A stretch of 64,000 bases of DNA from an uncultured Phycisphaeraceae bacterium (GTDB taxonomy: Bacteria > Planctomycetota > Phycisphaerae > UBA1845): the NCBI GenBank assembly GCA_964574815.1, contig CAZNPL010000007.1, positions 51,246 through 115,245 of the forward strand, in the 5' to 3' direction. The position numbers and the translations under genes are program-made. Positions within the stretch are counted from its first letter, which is position 1. Each line of letters begins with the position of its first letter. The notes under the pieces are model-generated. The model did no database searches. It was not told the origin of the DNA and saw only the letters and a program-made list of their open reading frames with translations. Shown one piece after another: positions 57,082 to 64,000 of this stretch.

Positions 57082-57112
57082 GGTATACGCAACCGACCGC
57101 CCGATCTGTCCC
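57082..57112 (-). promoter_or_regulatory. promoter of peptide gene 2 (shared box)
   Basis: Minus strand GGGACA-N19-TATACC. The spacer GATCGGGCGGTCGGTTGCG is nearly identical to the one upstream of hlyD. Confidence 0.5.
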
Positions 57113-57332
57113 CGCAACATCGTTTTTTGCGGATCCTGCGCTTCTTGCATAAACGCAATGGCATCGCAGTACAGTCTACTTGACACCGTACCAAGAATGG
57201 ACGGCTGAACCGCGCAGGACCGGATCCGCGGTTCGCGGGAGTACGGCGACGCTGAAGGCTTGCAGACACTCTAAATGAGGAAGGAAGTGCGGCGGAATGC
57301 CTTTGCCCGGCGGACGACGCCGCTCAGGCCGC

Positions 57333-59546
57333 TTACTGGACCTGTGCGGCCACGAGCCGTGCGTACGAGCCGTGCCGCTCCAGAAGCTCTTCGTGCGTGC
57401 CGCGCTCGACGAGGCGGCCGTTCTCCATCACCAGGATAAGATCGGCGTGCATCACCGTGCTCAAGCGGTGTGCGATGATGATCCGGGTGCACTCGAGTCG
57501 TTCCAGATGGCGCTGGATACGCTCTTCGTTGACGCCGTCCAAAGCGCTCGTTGCCTCATCCAACAGCAACACGGCCGGGCGCCGGACCAAGGCGCGGGCC
57601 AGGGCGATGCGCTGCCGCTGCCCCTCGGAAAGAGACGCGCCGCGATCGGCCAGCACGGTGTCATATCCCATGGGCATCGCCGCGATCTCCTCGTGAATCC
57701 CGGCCAGCCGGGCCGCGGACATCACCACACCCAAAGGCAGCGTCGGGTCGGCCAGCGCAATGTTCTCGCGGATCGTTCCGGCGAACAGATGCGGCTGCTG
57801 CGGCACGACACCCAGCTGCTGCCGCAGCGACCGGGCATCCAGCCTGCTCGCATCGACGTCATCGTACAGCACCCGTCCAGATGTCGGCCGGTAAAGCTGC
57901 AGCATCAGGCGGGCCAGCGTGGACTTGCCCGCCCCGGACGGGCCGACGATGGCCACCGTCTTGCCAGGCCGGATGTCCACGCTCACGTCCTTCACCACCG
58001 GCTCGGCAGTCGACGTGTGAGAAAACGACACGTTCTCGATGGTAATGCGGCCTCGAAGCCGCTCGGCCCGCTTCACCTTATCAGGCTCCTGCTCGAGCGG
58101 CGCCTGCAGGACGTCGTCGATGCGATCGGTGTATCCCTTCAGCAGTTGCAGCTTGAACGCGGTCGCCACCAGCGTGCCCAGCGGACGCAGGAATCCGGCC
58201 GCCAGCGCCGTCAGCCCGAGCATCGTCCCCAGCGTCAGCTCACCCTCGAGCACCTGCGCCGCTCCGAAGCCGAGAATCAGCAGCGGCGAACCGATCTGAA
58301 GCGTCGAGGAGATCGACTCGACCCACGTCGAGAGCCGCCCGCGCCGCAAGTGCACGTTCATCTCGTCCACATACAGATTGGAGAGCCGCTCCAGGGCACG
58401 GTCCTCCGCCCCGAGAACCTTCAGTGTCTCCATGCCCGACAGCATCTCGGAAAGGTAGCTCTGCGATCGGGCCTGCACCTGAAGGTGCTCGCTCATGAGC
58501 CGCTGGTAAGTCCGCCTCCAAGCAACAAAGACCCCGACCTGCAGCAGCCCGACCGCAACCACCAGCAGCGCCATCGGCGGCGACAGCACGAACATCAAGA
58601 GCAAGTAGGCGCACACCAGCCCGCCGTCCAGCAGCCCCGAAACCGTGCCCGACGTGAGGATCTCGCGGATCGTCGCATTGCTGTTGAACCGCATCATCAG
58701 ATCGCCGGTCGGCCGGCGCTGGAAGAACGCATAGGGCAGTTGCACCAGATGGCTGATGAAATTCAGCGTCATCTGCACGTTCAGGTGCGTCCGCAGATGC
58801 AACAGCAGCCGCCCGCGCACCAGCGCCGACAGAAAGCTGAAGAACACCACGCACCCGAACCCGGCCGCCAGCGTCGTCATCAGCCCGTAGTCCGAGCGGG
58901 GAATCACCCGATCCACCAGCACCTGCGTCATCACCGGAAGCGCCAATGCGAACACCTGGATCAGCAACGACGTGATCACGACCCGCGACAGCAGCCCGCG
59001 ATGGGCGAGCACCTGTCGAAAGTGCCACCGGGACGGGGCGGCGCCGGGTGCGGACGTTTCAAACCGGTCTCCCGGCTCAAACGTAAGCGCCACGCCGGTG
59101 AACGAACGACGCAGCTCGTCAGAACTGACGCGGCGTCGCCCAACGGCAGGATCGTAAACATCCTCCCCGTCCCGATGGGCCTTCTCGTGAACGACAAAGT
59201 GGTTCAGGTTCCAGTGCAGGATCGAGCCGGCCGGCAAGTACTTGAGGTCCTCGACCTCGATCCGGACGCCGCGGCCGCGAAGGCCATAATCGCGGCCGGC
59301 CTTCAACAGAGACTGGGCGCTGACGCCGTCGCGGGCCGTCCCCGTCCGCTGGCGAACGTCGTCCAGCACCACGGACTTTCCGTGGTAGCCGAGAGTCATC
59401 GTCAGGCATGCGGCACCGCAGTCGGTTGGGGTCAACGCCTCCACAAACGGGATGCGACCGCAGCGGCCGTTGTGCTCCAACCGCCCGATGGCCGGGAATC
59501 TCCGCCGAAGAGACGGTGCTTTATTTTTCGCTAGCGTCGTCGTCAT
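57333..59546 (-). CDS. peptidase-containing ABC transporter (PCAT): C39 peptidase domain + ABC exporter
   Basis: 737 aa. The C39 domain has catalytic Cys (LTPTDCGAACLTM), His (HWNLNHFVVHE) and Asp (VYDPAVG). This is followed by 6 TM segments, Walker A GPSGAGKST, signature LSEGQRQR, Walker B LLLDEATSALD and the H-loop AHRLS. Confidence 0.9.
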   Translation of the reverse strand: MTTTLAKNKAPSLRRRFPAIGRLEHNGRCGRIPFVEALTPTDCGAACLTMTLGYHGKSVVLDDVRQRTGTARDGVSAQSLLKAGRDYGLRGRGVRIEVEDLKYLPAGSILHWNLNHFVVHEKAHRDGEDVYDPAVGRRRVSSDELRRSFTGVALTFEPGDRFETSAPGAAPSRWHFRQVLAHRGLLSRVVITSLLIQVFALALPVMTQVLVDRVIPRSDYGLMTTLAAGFGCVVFFSFLSALVRGRLLLHLRTHLNVQMTLNFISHLVQLPYAFFQRRPTGDLMMRFNSNATIREILTSGTVSGLLDGGLVCAYLLLMFVLSPPMALLVVAVGLLQVGVFVAWRRTYQRLMSEHLQVQARSQSYLSEMLSGMETLKVLGAEDRALERLSNLYVDEMNVHLRRGRLSTWVESISSTLQIGSPLLILGFGAAQVLEGELTLGTMLGLTALAAGFLRPLGTLVATAFKLQLLKGYTDRIDDVLQAPLEQEPDKVKRAERLRGRITIENVSFSHTSTAEPVVKDVSVDIRPGKTVAIVGPSGAGKSTLARLMLQLYRPTSGRVLYDDVDASRLDARSLRQQLGVVPQQPHLFAGTIRENIALADPTLPLGVVMSAARLAGIHEEIAAMPMGYDTVLADRGASLSEGQRQRIALARALVRRPAVLLLDEATSALDGVNEERIQRHLERLECTRIIIAHRLSTVMHADLILVMENGRLVERGTHEELLERHGSYARLVAAQVQ

Positions 59547-60480
59547 GGCTCAATCCCTTTACCGCGGGCAATAGCGTGCTGATCATGCGCTCCGTCCGGA
59601 CGCGGGCCTCGGCCCGAGCCACCATGCCGTCGTGGTACCGGTAAGTCCGGCCATCGGCCTCGAACGTGTCGCCGGGCAGCGTCGCCCGCACGATCACGAC
59701 CGATGCCGGAAGCTCGACCGCATCGGCGATTCCGGGATCCAGGAGCCGCCGGGCCTCCTTCGGGCCGATCACCTCGTCGGCGACGAGGTCGATCGTGACG
59801 TCCTGGTACGCGTACTTGTAACCGTCCAGCTCGATCCGCAGCTCCTGCCCCTCGCGAAGCATCGGACGGTCCTCACCCGGGAGCAGGGCCTCGATCGAGT
59901 AGGCCGCGTCTTCGTGGATCACCGAAAGGATGATGTCGCCGGGCTGAACGTGCTGCCCGGGCCGAACGCGGACGTCGCTGATCCGGCCGGCCCGCGGGGC
60001 CCGCACCGTGCGCTCGCGAAGCCGCGACTCGGCAAAGGTCCGCTCCGTCTCGAGGGTGCCGACCGCTCGGGCAGCCGACTCGTTGTTGGGGTCTCGCAGG
60101 TAGGCGACGAGCTGCGTCTCGATGTTGTCGCGGATGCGGGTCAGCTCCGCACGCTCGGCGGCGTCGTCGAACCGCACCAGAAGCTGTCCTTTGGTCACGC
60201 GCTCGCCCGGGCGAACCTCCACGGCGCCCACGGTGCCGGGCGACTTGGCCGGCAGGATGGTGCGGCCGGAGCACCGGACGAAAGCGGGCCCGGCGGCCCA
60301 CTGGGGGTTGGGCGCCAGGACGACGAAGCCGACCATGACGACGACGGCCGCCACAACCACCCAGTACGTCCTGGCGATCCAGGCGGGAGAGAGCCGCAAC
60401 ACGTCGCCGTCGGCCTTCTGTCCCATGGTATGGTGCCTGACGGCCTCAGTGCGGAACAGGTTGGCGATCGGTGCGGACAT
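59521..60480 (-). CDS. HlyD family secretion adaptor (CvaA/LcnD type)
   Basis: I prefer the ATG at 60480 (MSAPIANLFRTEAVRHH...) preceded by GAAGG. It has a single N-terminal TM segment, a coiled coil and a barrel. The track start at 60549 would lie at or upstream of the predicted transcription start. The gene overlaps the PCAT gene by 26 nt. Confidence 0.8.
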   Translation of the reverse strand: MSAPIANLFRTEAVRHHTMGQKADGDVLRLSPAWIARTYWVVVAAVVVMVGFVVLAPNPQWAAGPAFVRCSGRTILPAKSPGTVGAVEVRPGERVTKGQLLVRFDDAAERAELTRIRDNIETQLVAYLRDPNNESAARAVGTLETERTFAESRLRERTVRAPRAGRISDVRVRPGQHVQPGDIILSVIHEDAAYSIEALLPGEDRPMLREGQELRIELDGYKYAYQDVTIDLVADEVIGPKEARRLLDPGIADAVELPASVVIVRATLPGDTFEADGRTYRYHDGMVARAEARVRTERMISTLLPAVKGLSHDDDASEK

Positions 60481-60552
60481 CGGAATCGACCTTCTGGCAT
60501 AATCGTCGGTCTCGCAGAGTCCAGGCCGGAAGTCCAACGCTCCAGCCACCGA

Positions 60553-60583
60553 GATATACGCAAAACCGACCCGAATCTGTCAC
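60553..60583 (-). promoter_or_regulatory. promoter of the hlyD-PCAT operon (shared box)
   Basis: Minus strand GTGACA-N19-TATATC with a TTTGCGTATAT core. This is the third copy of the box found upstream of both peptide genes. Confidence 0.5.
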
Positions 60584-60738
60584 CCCGACCGGCCGGAGCG
60601 AGGCCGGCTGAGCGTCATCTTGGGAAAGCGGCCCTCGCGGCCCGGAAACAGCCATCAGCACATCGGGTGGACTGCCCACGCTTGCGTGGGCATGCTTTAA
60701 CAGGAGCCAGAGCTTCCTCGATCGGCCCGTATGGGGGT

Positions 60739-62154
60739 TTAAAGACCCGGAAGGAAGGCGATTCGGACTTCATCCTCGGTGACGAGGACCTGGCCGATGA
60801 GGCGGCCGTCGGCCCGGGCAACGACGGCGGCCCCATGCCACTGCTCGTCCAGCGGGACCAGCGGGTCTACCGTCCAGTACTCCTTTGCCGGAGTCAGGCG
60901 GGCGGCGGACAGCGGAATCGGAGCCGCGACCGGGTCGCCCACGATAATACAGTCCTCAGGGACCTCGGGCGTGCGGATCAGGCGACGAGGCCACACAGGT
61001 CCCTCCAGTTCGACGCCGATCAGAGCCAATCCGCCGCCGGACCAGACCGTCTCGGCCGGAATGGACACGTGCCGGCCGGCGACCTCGAGTGCCATCGAGC
61101 CGGCCTCCGCCTCTTGCTCGACGTCGTCCGGCCGCAGCAGGTCGGCCGGTCCGAGCAGGCCTCGGTCGGTCAGCAGGACCCAGCCGCGCCGCGAGTGCTC
61201 TCCCTTGAACCAGCGCCCCTCGCGCCACGCGGTCACGGCGCGCATGGGCGATGGCACGGTCGCGCCGGCGGGCAGCAGCGAGCTTCCGACGGCGATGAGC
61301 GGCTGCCATTCGAGCCACTTTTCCTCCGGCTCATTTACTAACGTAAACCGATGCCCGGTCAGGACGACATCGCCGGCGTCGGGCGGAGTCGCCAGCGCGA
61401 CGCCTCCGGCCAGCAGCGCCTTGAGCGATTTGACGTCAAGGGAAAGTCCCTTGAGGCCGACCTGGGCCTCGAAGCCCCCAATCTGCCAGAACCGCGTCTG
61501 CGGCCGGATGAGCTGCGTGTAGGCCTTCTGGATGTGCACGCGGGCCTCGACCGCGCCGCCGTCGCTGGTCAGACCGGTCGACAGCACCTTGCCGATCGGA
61601 ACCTCACGGTAAAGCACCGGGGCGCCGGGCGTCAGGCCCCTGCGCTCCGGAGCCTGCAAAATGATCTCCAGATCGCCAGGGTCGAACGACTCGACGATCG
61701 GCGGCCGGGGCAGCCCCAGAAACGCTCGCCGCGGCTCGCCGTCCCCAGGCGACAACGCGATGTACCGCGGCCCCACCAGCGTCTCGAGACCGGCCACCCC
61801 GGTCAAATCGAGTTGCGGCCGCACGATCCAGAAGCGCGTACCGGCCACAGCAAGCGGGCCGGCATCCGGCTGCAGCGCCGCAATCACCCGGATGCCCTCG
61901 CGGTCGCGGGCCAGCTCGACTGAGCGGACCGCACCAACCGTGATGCCCCGATAACGAACATCCGCGCCCGGCTCGACACCGTGCCCTTCTTCAAAGTGAA
62001 TCGCGATGAGGTGGCCACGCTCCAGCCAGCTCTGGTAGCCGATCCACCCGGCCAGCAACAGCGCCAGCGCCGGGATCAGCCAGAACCACGAAAGCCGCCG
62101 CTCAGGACGAAGGCTCGCCTGGGGGATGTCCTGTTGCGGATCGGTCGCGGTCAT
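60739..62154 (-). CDS. pqiB: PqiB/MlaD (MCE-domain) family protein
   Basis: The start ATG at 62154 overlaps the pqiA stop (ATGA). N-terminal TM segment LSWFWLIPALALLLAGWIGY. Repeated MCE-like segments (VRYRGITVGAVRSVEL; VLYREVPIGKVLST; ...). I discount the track ORF's extension to 62820. Confidence 0.8.
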   Translation of the reverse strand: MTATDPQQDIPQASLRPERRLSWFWLIPALALLLAGWIGYQSWLERGHLIAIHFEEGHGVEPGADVRYRGITVGAVRSVELARDREGIRVIAALQPDAGPLAVAGTRFWIVRPQLDLTGVAGLETLVGPRYIALSPGDGEPRRAFLGLPRPPIVESFDPGDLEIILQAPERRGLTPGAPVLYREVPIGKVLSTGLTSDGGAVEARVHIQKAYTQLIRPQTRFWQIGGFEAQVGLKGLSLDVKSLKALLAGGVALATPPDAGDVVLTGHRFTLVNEPEEKWLEWQPLIAVGSSLLPAGATVPSPMRAVTAWREGRWFKGEHSRRGWVLLTDRGLLGPADLLRPDDVEQEAEAGSMALEVAGRHVSIPAETVWSGGGLALIGVELEGPVWPRRLIRTPEVPEDCIIVGDPVAAPIPLSAARLTPAKEYWTVDPLVPLDEQWHGAAVVARADGRLIGQVLVTEDEVRIAFLPGL

Positions 62155-62882
62155 GGTCGAGCCTCGTTCGACGGCGCGGCAGACGCCGTTTGGTCCGTGT
62201 CCGACGCCGGCCTCACCGGGTCCTGGCCGGGATCGCCCGCCTGCGGCTCGGATTGCCAGAGCACGTGCGGATCGAAGACGGCCGCGGCCAGCAGGCTCAG
62301 CAGCACACACAGAGTAAAGGCCAGCGCCGCCGGGCCGGCTTTCACCTCCATGAAATCGCCGATTTTCAGCACCGCCACCAGGATTGCCACCAGCAACACG
62401 TCGAGCATGCCCCATCGACCGGTCCACTCGACGACATGGTAGGTCAGTGCCCGGTGGCGATGCCGCAGAAACGGTCCGCCGGCCGACAGGATGAGCAGCG
62501 AGATCAGCTTCCCGAGCGGCAGGACCACCGAGCAGAGGCCGACGATCGCCGCGACGAAAACATGGCCCGAGGCGAACAGGGCCGAGACGCCTTCGAGGAC
62601 GCTCGAGTCGGTGTGGTGGCCGAACCGCTCGACGCCGATCATCGGCAGCGTGACCGCCAGCGGGTAGAGGATCAAAGCGGCCAACGCCACCGCGGCCGTC
62701 CGACTGTTCGACCGCCGGGCGGTCCCGGGCTGGGGCAACCGGCTCCCGCAACGTGAGCAGCACGCCCGCATCCCCCGAGGCACAACCGGCATGGACTGAA
62801 TAAGCCCGCAGGTAGTGCAAACGCGGATGGCGTTGTTTGCGGCTGCCGGTGCGGCCGGAATGGATCGGCTGTCAGCGTTCAT
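62151..62882 (-). CDS. pqiA: PqiA (paraquat-inducible protein A) family membrane protein, single-module form
   Basis: Zinc-ribbon CTTCG...CSRCG, then TM segments with YPLAVTLPMIGVERFG and GRWGMLDVLLVAILVAVLK. I prefer the start MNADSRS at 62882. Confidence 0.75.
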   Translation of the reverse strand: MNADSRSIPAAPAAANNAIRVCTTCGLIQSMPVVPRGMRACCSRCGSRLPQPGTARRSNSRTAAVALAALILYPLAVTLPMIGVERFGHHTDSSVLEGVSALFASGHVFVAAIVGLCSVVLPLGKLISLLILSAGGPFLRHRHRALTYHVVEWTGRWGMLDVLLVAILVAVLKIGDFMEVKAGPAALAFTLCVLLSLLAAAVFDPHVLWQSEPQAGDPGQDPVRPASDTDQTASAAPSNEARP

Positions 62883-63879
62883 GGTCTTGCCCGGACGGCC
62901 AGACTCCGGGCCCCGATCAACGCGCGAGATGATACCCGAGGAACCGGTCGATGGCAGGTGGGAAGAGAGTAGAGGCACGGAGCCGCGCGGGCACGAAGAA
63001 ACTGCTCGTCGTTGGTCTGCGATCTCTCGTCCAAAGAAGGCTTACCGGCGCCCTTTCCTCAAAACTGATAACTGAGGTCTGACGACCCTCTGGTCCTATA
63101 ACAACCCCCTGCCGAACATGCAGCAGCCCGTTCAACTTTTTCGAGAAAATCTTGAACACCCCTCGTGTTCTTTAGGTGCAAACAAGAAGCGCACCCTCCG
63201 TGCGCACCTGCGCAGAGAACGACGGATGAAAGCACAATGCCAGGCCAGCCCAAACGCAGAGCGAGTCGTCGGTTGTCAATTGTCAGTTACCAGCCCGCCG
63301 CTGTCAGAGCCAGGAACGCCAGCGACCGGTACCCACGTGCCGGCCGCGTCCCGGCGGCCGGCGCCAAACAAACCCACCGAAACCCCAAAATCTGCGTCAA
63401 TCCGCGGAGTTTGCGGATCGCATTTCCAAACGAACCCAAACTCGTGGAGTCCCGTACGCCGGCACTTCCCCGCCTTCCAGCCCTCGCGTCAGAGCCGGGA
63501 ACACCAAAGACCGGTCCCGAAGCGTCAGAAGCGTCTCGACCGCCCGCGCCAAACGAACCCAACGCCGCGCGAGTCATCAGTTATCAGATGTCCACCCTGG
63601 ACGCCACCCGACCCCTCGAACCGCGGCCTGCCAGCCACCCCCCGGACAACCAAAAACCAAACGAAGCCACCACGGCCGTCAGCTACCCAGGGCCGTTCCG
63701 CTGGCAAGCCTCCGTGCCTCCGTGCCTCTTATTTCCAAACGAACCCACCAAGCCTCCAGAATCCGCGAATTGCCCCTGTCTCGTTTCTGCTGGTCTCCTC
63801 TCTGCCCCCTCCATGCACTGGCCCGACCACGCCCGAACCCCTAAAATCCCCGGACGTTCGGGTCCGAGGACGCCTGCTT

Positions 63880-64000
63880 ATGACACCAAACACGACCCAA
63901 TCGCGAATAATCCACACGCTCGCTATCGCCCAGGTCGCCTCCACCGCCTTCCTCATCTTCGTCGGCGGCACGGTCACCAGCAACGACGCGGGCCTCGCCG
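63880..64000 (+). CDS. COX15/CtaA-like (heme A synthase) protein, N-terminal fragment running off the window
   Basis: My own translation: MTPNTTQSRIIHTLAIAQVASTAFLIFVGGTVTSNDAGLA. The ...VGG.VTS..AGLA pattern is typical of COX15/CtaA TM1. Only about 40 aa are visible. Confidence 0.5.
   Translation, partial: MTPNTTQSRIIHTLAIAQVASTAFLIFVGGTVTSNDAGLA

Noticed and set aside
57297-59534. 745-aa plus-strand ORF
   Set aside because: It is antisense to the PCAT gene, which has complete C39, Walker A/B, signature and H-loop motifs.
59632-61341. 569-aa plus-strand ORF
   Set aside because: It is antisense to the HlyD and PqiB genes and crosses their intergenic region. It is Arg/Gly/Pro-rich.

Overview
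This is a high-GC bacterial chromosomal segment. I infer it is probably Planctomycetota, from a prepilin-type/DUF1559 'H-X9-DG' protein, a PEP-CTERM protein, an ECF sigma factor paired with a Ser/Thr kinase, and many long spurious antisense ORFs.

Most of the window is ordinary housekeeping or accessory content:
- A complete, translationally coupled tryptophan operon (trpD-C-F-B-A-aroF-trpE-G, minus strand). It is preceded by a 23-aa leader peptide with three consecutive Trp codons and a terminator/antiterminator arrangement.
- Several ABC transporters, and eno followed by an ftsB-like gene.
- A full-length group II intron with its RT/maturase, inserted antisense into a 24-nt spacer between a NifU-like gene and an SDR gene.
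- An ArsR-controlled arsenic/thiol-redox island (ArsP-like permease, three thioredoxin-fold proteins, DGC protein, CcdA, ACR3).
- A pseudo-receiver-GGDEF-HD-GYP protein, an HNH endonuclease, a BtuFCD-like importer, rhomboid, PadR, an aspartic protease, a phosphoesterase and pqiAB.

The most interesting locus is at 55.0-60.6 kb on the minus strand. It holds a HlyD adaptor plus a C39-peptidase ABC exporter (PCAT), followed by two tandem small genes that are mostly missing from the ORF track. Each small gene encodes a textbook double-glycine leader (ELEQVCGG) fused to a strongly acidic, Pro-rich, Cys-free tail. Each has its own intrinsic terminator and its own ~150-nt 5' leader. The leaders are clearly better conserved than the coding sequences, contain frame-breaking indels, and show at least one compensatory stem change. 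All three transcription units share one promoter box (GACA-N19-TATAC/T).

I saw no rRNA, tRNA or CRISPR array. All calls come from reading the sequence and ORF translations; no database search was possible. Motif-level coordinates may be off by 1-2 nt.
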